Source of the DNA: a virus
Lineage: Duplodnaviria > Caudoviricetes
Virus record (IMG/VR): IMGVR_UViG_3300031998_000011
Span: 96,001-160,000 of that record
Direction: 5' to 3' (one strand)
Length of the DNA stretch: 64,000 nucleotides
Notes under the pieces: model-generated
Databases searched by the model: none
The model's input: only the letters and a program-made list of their open reading frames with translations
What the model was told of the DNA's origin: nothing
Made by a program: the position numbers and the translations under genes
Shown here: positions 54,677 to 63,963 of the stretch, piece by piece
Position numbering within the stretch: position 1 is the first letter of the stretch
Layout: every line of letters begins with the position of its first letter

Positions 54677-55585
54677 ATGAGCCAGGAATCCGACGTCGAG
54701 ATTCTGGAAGGGCCGGTCGTTCCGGCAGAAAAGACTCCCTCCAACACAAGGGAGTTTTTTCTTAGACCTCCGGATTGGCGATACCAGGCAGCCGTGAAGT
54801 ATCTGAACGACGAGCTGCATGGTATTACGCCAACTATCCCGACGGATATCCATGTCCAGTACGCCGTCCGTGTGCTGCGGGCCTTCAACCAGCCTGCTAC
54901 ACGTATCTACATGGATGTGCTCTGTCCGGATGCCGTGGAGACGATCACGCTGGGTGTCATCATGAAGCACTCGGCGATTACAGCGGACATAGAAAGCTGC
55001 ATCATCAGTGGCAGTACGACGGAAGAGCTGGAACTGGACGGGTTCTACATCCGGCCGGTTGTGTTCGACCTGTATGCCAAGTTGTTCTGCGATCTGTCGG
55101 GGATCACGGCTGTTCATGCCTGGATCCACGACTTTCTTTTAGAGCCCGAACGCCACAGTGAGAATACGACGCTCCTGAAAGCAAGACTGATGGCGTACTA
55201 CGGCGGCAAGAACATGGGCGGCACAGCGGCTGTCACAGGCTTTATCGACAACGAGACCCAGCAGCTCATGAAACAGATCACGGCGACGGAACAGCAGAAG
55301 CGCATCTTCGAGTACGTCGTGAGGGCTACCGATATGCGAGCCGAGGACTATGTCGCGGTCATGGAAGGAGCCGTTAAGAGTATGACGGAAAAAGACTTTC
55401 AGGAGAAGATGCGCGACCGCGAGGAGGCCGGATCCAGTTCGCTTGAGGAACTTGCCGGTCATCTTGAGGAGGGCATCAGAGCATACAGCCAGAAAGAACT
55501 GGAGGCGATCAACTCCTCCGGTCTTGACTTTGTCAACCAATACACTCCCGTAATCATCCGAAAGGAACAGGACGATGGAAAATAA
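54677..55585 (+). CDS. Hypothetical protein (head module)
   Basis: AGGAG RBS. Confidence 0.75.
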   Translation: MSQESDVEILEGPVVPAEKTPSNTREFFLRPPDWRYQAAVKYLNDELHGITPTIPTDIHVQYAVRVLRAFNQPATRIYMDVLCPDAVETITLGVIMKHSAITADIESCIISGSTTEELELDGFYIRPVVFDLYAKLFCDLSGITAVHAWIHDFLLEPERHSENTTLLKARLMAYYGGKNMGGTAAVTGFIDNETQQLMKQITATEQQKRIFEYVVRATDMRAEDYVAVMEGAVKSMTEKDFQEKMRDREEAGSSSLEELAGHLEEGIRAYSQKELEAINSSGLDFVNQYTPVIIRKEQDDGK

Positions 55586-57302
55586 GATATCTTCTTCCGA
55601 TGAGCGCAAGCTGACGAACGCCATCGAAAGTGCTGCCATTCTGGCAAGCAATGACGCATCCCGTGACAGGAACCAGCTCCTTGCGGATGAACTCAAGAAA
55701 GAGGGCGTGGATTCCCGTTTCGCAAAAGTGGCGTCCTGTGCTTTCAACAAGCGTGTCACAGTGCTGACTTTCAAGAAGACGGCAGATGAGCACAAGGCTG
55801 ATCCTTTCGAACTGACGGATGGGGACAAGGTCCTGGAACTGATGACTGGCGAAGCGCTGGAAAAGGCTGCGGCTCTCACTGCCGCCGATTTCGAGATCAC
55901 TGTTACCGGCGCTCCGATGCAGAAGGCAGCCTCTGCCGAGGCTCCTGCCCGTGCCTGCTTTGAGGACACCGTGGACTACGACCGGCTGGTCAAGCACGTC
56001 GAGAACGTCATGACCAAGAACGCGGCCGCCATCTACGAGGTGCTCCAGAAGCAGCGCGATGTCGAAGCCGTTGCTGATTCTCTGAAGACGGAACTGGCTG
56101 ATCACTTCATCAAGGATGCCAGCGCTTCCTATGCGTTCTCCAGTCTGATCAATCACTACGGCGACCGCTTCCAGAACGCCATCCAGGATAAGCTGCCTGA
56201 ACATACGGACTGGACAAAGACTGCGGCAGACGCAATTTTGTTCAATGATCCAGTCTTCGACAAGGCCGCCAAGATGATCGAGATGCACGAAGCCAACGAG
56301 AATCTGAAGGCGGTGCTGGACAAGTACGGCGAAGGGCTCACAGAGTTCTGCAAGTCGGCGGCCATGCTGGGAGATTTCGTCCAGAAGGCCGAGTCTGGCT
56401 TTGTCAAAATGGCGGCTCCACGTATGGCTGCGGAACTTGCTGGTGAGCTGGGTCTCACACCGGCCGCTCTGGGGAACTATGCAGTTGGCGCCATCGACAA
56501 CATGGTCAACGGTGTCGCGAATACAGCCGGTAACGCTTTCTCCAATGCCTATGCTCTGTACCAAGCTGGCAATGCGGCGCACATGGCTCCGAACGAAATC
56601 CTCGATGCAGACTTCCTGACGAAGGATCGCTACAGAGATCGTCTTCTTGGCTGGTCCGACATGACAGCTGATCCTCAGTTCGCCATGTATCCTGCCGAGC
56701 AGGTGTTCCTCGCCACACAGAAAGCGATGGACATGGATACCACACTGGAACGTCCGGACAAGCGCGAGGTGCTTCGCTCTTACGTGGCCCAGCTCCTGGC
56801 TCAGAATAATCGGCTCTCCACGGCGGATATCGCGGCTCTGGCTCAGACTCTTCGCGGTCTTACTAGTGCTGATGAACATGGTGCTCAGCAGATCGCTGTC
56901 AAGTCTGTTAAGGGCATGGATGAAACAAAAGCACCGGAGGCACCGGTTATCAAGGCTGTTGTTGAGGGTCGTCGCGAAGTCAAAGGTGAAGAAAGAGCCG
57001 GTCAGGTTCTGGACACCATCAAAGAGATGCGTGAAGACTACGAGAAAAAGACTGACAAGGCTCGTGAGTCGGAAGGCAACAATGATCGTACACAGCGCGA
57101 ACGTGCGAGAGCTCTGGCTGATGCACAGAATGCTCGAAACCAGTTCCTGACGGATACCATGCATATTCAGATCAGAGCCAACCCACAGGGACAGATTACA
57201 TATTCACCGGGTCGTAACCAGCAACCTCTTACACAGGCTGATATCGACAATATCCTGGCGGCTGCCGAACGTGCCAATCTTGTTCCGGCTCTTCCGGCGT
57301 AA
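55575..57302 (+). CDS. Helical head/core protein with multiple K-x-A sites
   Basis: LEKAAA, MQKAAS, WTKTAA, FCKSAA, FVKMAA. Confidence 0.72.
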   Translation: MENKISSSDERKLTNAIESAAILASNDASRDRNQLLADELKKEGVDSRFAKVASCAFNKRVTVLTFKKTADEHKADPFELTDGDKVLELMTGEALEKAAALTAADFEITVTGAPMQKAASAEAPARACFEDTVDYDRLVKHVENVMTKNAAAIYEVLQKQRDVEAVADSLKTELADHFIKDASASYAFSSLINHYGDRFQNAIQDKLPEHTDWTKTAADAILFNDPVFDKAAKMIEMHEANENLKAVLDKYGEGLTEFCKSAAMLGDFVQKAESGFVKMAAPRMAAELAGELGLTPAALGNYAVGAIDNMVNGVANTAGNAFSNAYALYQAGNAAHMAPNEILDADFLTKDRYRDRLLGWSDMTADPQFAMYPAEQVFLATQKAMDMDTTLERPDKREVLRSYVAQLLAQNNRLSTADIAALAQTLRGLTSADEHGAQQIAVKSVKGMDETKAPEAPVIKAVVEGRREVKGEERAGQVLDTIKEMREDYEKKTDKARESEGNNDRTQRERARALADAQNARNQFLTDTMHIQIRANPQGQITYSPGRNQQPLTQADIDNILAAAERANLVPALPA

Positions 57303-57314
57303 GGAGACTGTCCT

Positions 57315-58772
57315 ATGATGAAGAAAAGTTTCCTCCCTGAGTCCTTCAACTTCGATGTGCCTCCTGTTGAGATCATTGGCGTTGGCAGCAAAGGTCTGGA
57401 CAAGACTGCGATGGTGAAACGTGCCAGTGCTTTCGATGATGTCATCGAGAAGCTGGAGAAGAAAGCCAATCGCACCTACCTCCATGTTATTACGACTGGA
57501 GCCTATGAAACGTACGGCGCCAATCTGAACTCTGACGGATGGAACGGAGAGTCGTTTGAACTCAAGTTCCCGCATCCTGAGAACATGGCGAAGAAAGCGA
57601 TGGTTCTGGACGGCGGCCTTTCCAAATATCATGATATGACCTATATGAAGGATGGTGCTGTGTACCAGGAACACCAGACCAAGACAGCTGGTGTTGATCC
57701 GTCAGGTGAGATAATCGCCGCCAAGTACAACCCCATGATGAAACGTGGTGAGCTCATCATTGCAGTCGATACCGAGAAATGGGCTTCCAGGCTTCAGAAG
57801 AAAGCCAAAGGTGAGAACATCTACCTGAGCATTGGGGCGTCTGTGCCGTACGACGTGTGCAACATCTGCGGAAGAATTGCAAAGACAGCTTCCGAACACT
57901 GCAGTCACTTCAAGCATCATCGCGGCGAAGTCTATGATTGTGGTGAGCGTGCCTGTGTTATGAACGACCATCCGGACTTCTACGACATTTCTGGTGTGAA
58001 CGTGCCGGCCGACAAGATTGCGTTCGTGCTCCAGGAAGTTGGTCACGGCGACAAGCTGACAAAGACCAGCTCCCTGCACGACATCATGCAGCAGGCGACG
58101 CAGGCAGTCGGTGTCCGTCCGCCAATGGTACTCACGAAGGCCGCCATGATTCTGGGCAAGCTGGCTCGTATGGAGAAGCAGATCGAAGGTATTGTCGAAG
58201 GTGACAAGAAGCCGGACAAAGAGGCATTTGACCATGACGACGATGCCGAAAAAGATTTTGAACTTGAAGTTCAAAATTATCCTGCCGATGAGGTGATCGA
58301 CGGTGCAAACCGCAAAGGCATCCTTCTGACTCCGGGCATGCTGTTCAGACTGCTCGGTAAGGAATGCTCTGATCCAGACAATGCTCTAAAGGATTGTGAC
58401 GACGAGAGTTGTGGCGATCTGTCCTGCATGATGCGTGAACTGGAGGATGACGAGGATGTCAATGACGAGCTGCTGGACGGTTCTTTCGACCAGCATCCGC
58501 CTGTGGATCTGAACCTCGACAGCATTCTGGAGAAGTTCATTCCGATGTTCGGGATGACGGACCCTGCTGTCAATACACGGGTTATCCGCATCACAATCGT
58601 CGGCGCTCCGAAACACGGTACTGTAGACAAGAAGGCGTCTCTGAATAAGTTCGCACAGGAAGCCCTGCGCCGGACATATGCCAGATACCTCATCAGTTTT
58701 GCTGCTCAGAACAACGAAAGTACCTGTATGAACGCCCTCATGAAAATAGCTGGAATCGGGAAACGCGGCTGA
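57315..58772 (+). CDS. Prohead (capsid maturation) protease with Zn-ribbon insertion
   Basis: N.NSD, VYQEH, LSIGASV..DVCNICG...HCSH, FYDISGVNVPAD; upstream of scaffold and capsid genes. Confidence 0.75.
   Translation: MMKKSFLPESFNFDVPPVEIIGVGSKGLDKTAMVKRASAFDDVIEKLEKKANRTYLHVITTGAYETYGANLNSDGWNGESFELKFPHPENMAKKAMVLDGGLSKYHDMTYMKDGAVYQEHQTKTAGVDPSGEIIAAKYNPMMKRGELIIAVDTEKWASRLQKKAKGENIYLSIGASVPYDVCNICGRIAKTASEHCSHFKHHRGEVYDCGERACVMNDHPDFYDISGVNVPADKIAFVLQEVGHGDKLTKTSSLHDIMQQATQAVGVRPPMVLTKAAMILGKLARMEKQIEGIVEGDKKPDKEAFDHDDDAEKDFELEVQNYPADEVIDGANRKGILLTPGMLFRLLGKECSDPDNALKDCDDESCGDLSCMMRELEDDEDVNDELLDGSFDQHPPVDLNLDSILEKFIPMFGMTDPAVNTRVIRITIVGAPKHGTVDKKASLNKFAQEALRRTYARYLISFAAQNNESTCMNALMKIAGIGKRG
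58255..58277. repeat. 23-bp palindromic site, copy 5 (intragenic)
   Basis: ATTTTGAACTTGAAGTTCAAAAT; perfect 11-1-11 palindrome inside the protease gene. Confidence 0.88.
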
Positions 58773-58837
58773 TTACTTGCCGTGTTTTCATTTGATAGAA
58801 CACCAAACCCTGGATTACAACATAAAGGAATCCACTT

Positions 58838-59983
58838 ATGAGCAATCAACTCCAGACCAAGGCGAACCGCGTTGCCGAACTGCTCGCGCAGTACGGTCTC
58901 AACAAGGAAGCCAAACAGACTATCACGCACACCAATCTCCTGGCTCAGAACAATCTCGGTCGCGAGATGACCAATGAGATCCATGAGAACGAAGAAGGCG
59001 TCCAGGCCGATACTGAAGCAGCGGAGAACAAACCCACTGCCAAGATCGACGCCATCCCGAACGCCCAGAACCTGAACACCTCTGCGGAACAGGCCCTCGC
59101 CAACACCGGCAGCACGGTCGAGACCCAGGAATCCGATGGCTCCAGCGCTGAAATGCCTGCTGAACAGGCCAAGAGCGCTGCGGCGTTCGCCCAGGTCCTC
59201 AAGCAGATTCAGGACAAGAAAGCTGCCGCAAAGAAGGAAGAAGATTCCTTCATCACAGCTACTGAAGTGTTCGCCAAGTGGGCGTCTCTCGGCCCGCGTT
59301 CCACGAAGGAAGACGTCGCGGCTGCCCAGGCTTCTCTTGAGAAGCTCGCCTCTGTCAACCCGGCCTTCACCGCGACTCGTGACAACATCATCGCCATGAA
59401 GAAGAACGCGGAAGTCGAAGAACTCGCGGCTGCCGCCGACATCTCTCCCGAAGACGCCGCTGCGGCTCTCGACGCTGCCGCTGCCGCCAATCCGGAAATG
59501 GATGCTCAGATCATGGACGAAGCCACTGGCGAAGCAGTCACTGACCTCGCCAATGCCGAACAGGAAGTCGGCGAACTGACGGAAGGCGCTGAAGCTCTTG
59601 CGGCCGGCGCTTCTGAAGTCCTCGGTACAGAGATCACATCCGACGACATTGCAGATGCTCTTGGCGATGTTGCCGACATGGCGGAAGAAATGGGCGTTGA
59701 TCCCATCGACCTTATCGCTGCTGCGGCCCAGGAAATCCAGCAGGGCGATGAACCCGGTGATGATGACATGGAAGCCGCGAAGGAAATCATCGCGGCGGCT
59801 GCTGAGCAGGGTACATCCCCTGAGCAGATTATTCAGGAACTTGCGGCATCCATTGATGCCGATGAAATGGGCGGTGAAGAAGCCGCTGGCGCAGAGGAAC
59901 CGATTGAGAAGGCAGCTTCGCTGCAGAAACAGTCGCAGAGTCCGCGTGTCGCCTACGTCATCGAACAGCTCAAAAACGTCTGA
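58838..59983 (+). CDS. Acidic scaffold-like protein
   Basis: Ala/Glu/Asp-rich, strong codon bias, lies between protease and capsid genes. Confidence 0.7.
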   Translation: MSNQLQTKANRVAELLAQYGLNKEAKQTITHTNLLAQNNLGREMTNEIHENEEGVQADTEAAENKPTAKIDAIPNAQNLNTSAEQALANTGSTVETQESDGSSAEMPAEQAKSAAAFAQVLKQIQDKKAAAKKEEDSFITATEVFAKWASLGPRSTKEDVAAAQASLEKLASVNPAFTATRDNIIAMKKNAEVEELAAAADISPEDAAAALDAAAAANPEMDAQIMDEATGEAVTDLANAEQEVGELTEGAEALAAGASEVLGTEITSDDIADALGDVADMAEEMGVDPIDLIAAAAQEIQQGDEPGDDDMEAAKEIIAAAAEQGTSPEQIIQELAASIDADEMGGEEAAGAEEPIEKAASLQKQSQSPRVAYVIEQLKNV

Positions 59984-59995
59984 GGAGACTGAAAC

Positions 59996-60433
59996 ATGGC
60001 AGAACAGGCAATGGAAAAGCTCGCTTCCGAGCTGATTGAACGCCTGGCCGCCGTGGAGACTGAGAACAAATCTCTGCGCAAGGTCAACGAAGATCTTCGC
60101 GCCCTGACGCAGCAGATGTCCACAGTCAAGCAGGCTTCCCAGGAAATCAAGCAGGTCGATGAGGACCTGCTTGACTCCACCTGTCAGAGTCTCGTTAAGA
60201 GCGGCGCTCTTAATGCTGATCAGGTGGAACAGGCAAAAGCGATCTTCAAGACAGACATGAATGCCGGCCTGACTGTCATTCAGAGTCTTCTTGACGAGCA
60301 CGCTCAAGTAAAGACTGCTGCGGAACAGGCTTCCCTTGCGGGTGGCACTGTTGTCCACATCGGTCAAAACACACAGCGCAGTCCGGAAGATGAATGCATC
60401 GACCGCATGCGCAAAACACTCGGCCTTCATTAA
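59996..60433 (+). CDS. Small coiled-coil scaffold-like protein
   Basis: MEKLAS, VKQAS, VKTAA. Confidence 0.7.
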   Translation: MAEQAMEKLASELIERLAAVETENKSLRKVNEDLRALTQQMSTVKQASQEIKQVDEDLLDSTCQSLVKSGALNADQVEQAKAIFKTDMNAGLTVIQSLLDEHAQVKTAAEQASLAGGTVVHIGQNTQRSPEDECIDRMRKTLGLH

Positions 60434-60454
60434 ACCTACATAGGAGTTACAACA

Positions 60455-61096
60455 ATGGCTGGCTTCACACGCACCAACTTCGATCAGCAGATCAACCACG
60501 CTGCTGTTCTGGCGCACGGAGCACACCCGAAGTATCGCGTCGAACACGACGGCGAACTCGATGCCTCCACGCCTGAGAAGAAACTCGCGAACTCCGCTAT
60601 CAAGCAGGGTTCGGTGGTTCACCTGGATTCGACCACTGGCAAGTACAACATCGGCCTCGCCGCTGCTTCCAGCATCAACTTCCCGGTGCCCTTCATCTCC
60701 CTCAAGAACGCTTTCGATCCCGATGTGACCACCGGCGTCGAGGGCGACACCCAGACCGTCGAGATCTACGGTTCCACCAACACCTTCAGCTTCCCGAATC
60801 CGCGCCGCTCCACGTTCAGCGCCGTCGGCGGCAAGATCACGGCTATCCCGATGACTGCCGGCTACGAAATCGAAACGACTGAGTTCGTCGATGGTACTTA
60901 TCACATCAACGACGCCCTCACCGCTGCGAAGACCACCAACATCGGCAAGCTGACAGTGGCTACTCAGGTTCCGTTCAAGGCCTCCGGCTCCGAACCGATC
61001 CTCGGCTTCGTCTCCCGCGTTCCTTACACGAACGACGCTTATCTCCAGAAGCGCATCGGGTTCTGGACCAACTTCATCCCGGCTGTCGGGGCCTAA
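60455..61096 (+). CDS. Probable capsid decoration/cement protein
   Basis: Beta-rich, extreme codon bias, directly upstream of the MCP. Confidence 0.6.
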   Translation: MAGFTRTNFDQQINHAAVLAHGAHPKYRVEHDGELDASTPEKKLANSAIKQGSVVHLDSTTGKYNIGLAAASSINFPVPFISLKNAFDPDVTTGVEGDTQTVEIYGSTNTFSFPNPRRSTFSAVGGKITAIPMTAGYEIETTEFVDGTYHINDALTAAKTTNIGKLTVATQVPFKASGSEPILGFVSRVPYTNDAYLQKRIGFWTNFIPAVGA

Positions 61097-61114
61097 TCCA
61101 AGGAGGACTTCACT

Positions 61115-62074
61115 ATGGCTTGGGATCAAATCAAAGTTGCTTCCGTTTCTGAAGACATCCGCGCAAAGTTCGCCACCGGCGACAAGGACATGTGCAAGCA
61201 GGGCACGCTCGCTGCCAACGACTACTTCCGCACAGAAATCCGCTCCAACGGCATCCGTCGTCAGATCACTCCACCTGTCCAGGTCACGAAGGACATGTTC
61301 GACCCGTCCGAGACCTCCGACATTCCGATCATCTACGCCGAGGTCGCTCCTCGCTCGTCCGGCGCCTACATGGTCTCCTTCGAGACTGGCCCGAAGAACG
61401 AGAACATCTACGGCAACAAGATCCGCATCGAACTCAACCGCATCATGACCAAGAAGTACAGCATCGACAAGATCCGTCTCGATGCCTACAAGATGCCTCT
61501 GCTTGAGATCCTCGAAGACCTGCTCCTCAAAGACATCATGGATGTCGAGGACAACGTCACCATCGGTCTCGACAAAGAAATCTGCGGTCCTCTGAACACG
61601 GTCAACCCCTGGATGGGCTGCCGTCGCTATGTCACCTGCGGTGGCATCAGCCGCGAAGCTCTCGTGCACCTCAAGAAGGGCATGCCTGTGGCTCCTGGTC
61701 ATCTCATGACCAAGAAGTTCCTCATGAACGACCTCACCTACTTCGATCTCGGCGCTCTCGACCGTACCGAAGTCGGCGGCGACATGGCTCAGGAAATGTT
61801 CGTCAACGGCGTCACCACCTCCAAGATCCAGGGCATCGACACGGTCGTCACCATCAAGACCGACCTCATCCCGACCAAGGAAGTGTTCATCTACACCGAC
61901 CCGATGTACTACGGCGGCTTCTACGTCTACAACGACGTCACGATGGTCGTCGATGAAGTCGATGACATCTGGATGACCTTCTTCGCCCATGAGTGCGTCG
62001 GCGCCTCCGTGGCCAACAGCCCCGGCGTTGCCCGTGCGTCCCTCACCGGCACCCTCGTCGATTGGGAAGGCTAA
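61115..62074 (+). CDS. Major capsid protein (HK97 fold inferred)
   Basis: 319 aa; very strong codon bias, AAGGAGG RBS, spine-helix-like LLEILEDLLLKDIMDVED, followed by a strong terminator. Confidence 0.8.
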   Translation: MAWDQIKVASVSEDIRAKFATGDKDMCKQGTLAANDYFRTEIRSNGIRRQITPPVQVTKDMFDPSETSDIPIIYAEVAPRSSGAYMVSFETGPKNENIYGNKIRIELNRIMTKKYSIDKIRLDAYKMPLLEILEDLLLKDIMDVEDNVTIGLDKEICGPLNTVNPWMGCRRYVTCGGISREALVHLKKGMPVAPGHLMTKKFLMNDLTYFDLGALDRTEVGGDMAQEMFVNGVTTSKIQGIDTVVTIKTDLIPTKEVFIYTDPMYYGGFYVYNDVTMVVDEVDDIWMTFFAHECVGASVANSPGVARASLTGTLVDWEG

Positions 62075-62102
62075 TCCCTCTCACCAGTCCGCGACTGATT
62101 CT

Positions 62103-62131
62103 GGCTCCCTCTTCACGGAGGGGGCCTTTTT
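62103..62131 (+). terminator. Intrinsic terminator after the MCP
   Basis: GGCTCCCTCT-tcac-GGAGGGGGCC followed by TTTTT. Confidence 0.85.
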
Positions 62132-62179
62132 CATTGTATAGTAAGGATGTACAACCATCCTAACTGAAAGGAATTTACC

Positions 62180-62992
62180 ATGACACCTATCGCAACTATC
62201 ATTCACAACCAACTGAACAACAGCCGCATGGTGAACTGGACTGCCGAAAAGCAGACCTGGCTCGAAGCCAACGGCACAGCCGAAGTCCCATACGAAATCT
62301 GGTCTGCAGCCAACAAGGTGCAGCGCGAATCCATCAAGGCGGAAGTCACGAGCGGCTATGTCACGCTGGAGCTCCGCGTCATGAAACCCAATGGCTGCCA
62401 GGAAATCATCCCGTTCAGTCCCGTCGGCGACCTGAACGTCGCGCCGGTGCAGACGACACAGGTTATCCAGGCGAAAGTCGGGGAAGCGCAGAAGAAAGAA
62501 GAAACGCAGGAGAAGAACTACAAGGTTCTCGGCAACCGCGTTGTCGTCGCCAACAGCAAGGGCATGGACGAGCTCTCCGGCAAGTTCGGCATGAAGTCCC
62601 AGATCGTTGACCAGCCCGGCGTTGTCGAGGTCGGCGAGGATCTGAAGGACATTGTCAAAATGAGCAACGGCATCATCGAGGATCGCGGCGGCCGTGGTTT
62701 CAACAAGAAGGCTGACGAAGAGAAGGCCGAAGAGCCTGTCAGCGAGGCCGCCGAGGAACCAGTTGAAGAGCCTGCGGAAGAACCGGCTGAAGAGGAAGTC
62801 GAGGAAAAGACCGAAGAGGCAGTCGAAGAGGAAGTCAACGAGTTGCTTTCCGCTAAGAAATATGAAGAGGCACTTGAAGTTTTGACTGATTGGTTCGGCG
62901 AGGATCAGGTCACATTCAAGGCGGCCGCTCTGCGTTACACCAAAACCTTCGAGGCAGTCGTCAAGAAGTTCAAACTCAGCAAGAAGGACTGA
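62180..62992 (+). CDS. Hypothetical protein with acidic EEPxEE linker
   Basis: AAAGGA RBS. Confidence 0.75.
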   Translation: MTPIATIIHNQLNNSRMVNWTAEKQTWLEANGTAEVPYEIWSAANKVQRESIKAEVTSGYVTLELRVMKPNGCQEIIPFSPVGDLNVAPVQTTQVIQAKVGEAQKKEETQEKNYKVLGNRVVVANSKGMDELSGKFGMKSQIVDQPGVVEVGEDLKDIVKMSNGIIEDRGGRGFNKKADEEKAEEPVSEAAEEPVEEPAEEPAEEEVEEKTEEAVEEEVNELLSAKKYEEALEVLTDWFGEDQVTFKAAALRYTKTFEAVVKKFKLSKKD

Positions 62993-62995
62993 CAA

Positions 62996-63328
62996 ATGGC
63001 ATCTTCCCTTTTCTATGATCTGTATGGGCGCCTGCGTGGGGGACAGACGAGCAATCCTGTCGATGCGCCGATGCCGTATCAGATCAAATGCGTCACCAGC
63101 ACGGAAGCCAGTACAGGCTACAAGACCGTGACGCGCTATACTCGTTTCAACGGAGACAACCAGCACAAGATCGGTATGTGGCGTGAGATCACAGTCTTCG
63201 ACAACCAGGGCAACATCACGGACTTCAAGCATGAGTTCACTGTGGACCTCTGGGCAAATGTCGAGGAAGAGACTGTGCGCTGGGTCCCGATCAACGAGTG
63301 CTGGGATTTCCCGGTCCAGAAGGATTAA
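62996..63328 (+). CDS. Hypothetical virion protein
   Basis: AAGGA RBS, operon context. Confidence 0.7.
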   Translation: MASSLFYDLYGRLRGGQTSNPVDAPMPYQIKCVTSTEASTGYKTVTRYTRFNGDNQHKIGMWREITVFDNQGNITDFKHEFTVDLWANVEEETVRWVPINECWDFPVQKD

Positions 63329-63346
63329 AGCACAGGAGCGTGACAC

Positions 63347-63937
63347 ATGGACACTGTGAAAACACCATACATCATACAGCAGGGCAGGGTTCTGGCTCGT
63401 AGACCTGAAAAGGACTACGAGACAACAGGCGCCAGTGAAGCCATCACGATTGCTTCTGTCAACGCGAATCTCACCTGCACACTCAATACAACCGCCCCAT
63501 TTGTCGGCGTTGTAGACAGCAACGGTATTCTCTGGCAGCTGCCCAATCGTTGTGTCCAGTATGGTGAGTCCAGTGTCACGCTCAATCTTTCTGAAATCTA
63601 CGAAACAAAACGCATGATCTCCGTACCTGCTACGACAACAATCGCTCTGCAGGGCGGCGGATCCATGACATTCTCCCGCTACAAGGAATCCGATTCAGCC
63701 AGGGGCTTTGCCTGGAGAAACGGGACAGCCGCGATCTTCACAGATACGCTGGTTCCTGTGGTGGGTACCATTTTCTACACAGACCCACAGATGTCTGTCA
63801 GTGGCGGGACAACGACAGCCTATGCAGCGCCGACAGCATCTGCATATCCAGGCGGCTGGAAAGCGTTGTTCAGTGTTGTGCCAAAGCAGATCGCCTATGA
63901 GGTCATCAAGACTGGAACCTATGGTGAGAACCGCTAA
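63347..63937 (+). CDS. Hypothetical beta-rich virion protein
   Basis: AGGAG RBS. Confidence 0.65.
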   Translation: MDTVKTPYIIQQGRVLARRPEKDYETTGASEAITIASVNANLTCTLNTTAPFVGVVDSNGILWQLPNRCVQYGESSVTLNLSEIYETKRMISVPATTTIALQGGGSMTFSRYKESDSARGFAWRNGTAAIFTDTLVPVVGTIFYTDPQMSVSGGTTTAYAAPTASAYPGGWKALFSVVPKQIAYEVIKTGTYGENR

Positions 63938-63963
63938 ACATATAACAGAGGACACATCCTATA

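Noticed and set aside
30894-57164. Other long minus-strand ORFs (e.g. 30894-32351, 44206-45594, 53099-54487, 55554-57164)
   Set aside because: All lie opposite well-supported + strand genes and are explained by codon bias.
58706-61990. 1094-aa minus-strand ORF
   Set aside because: Antisense shadow of the strongly codon-biased scaffold, decoration and capsid genes; no RBS or recognisable motifs.
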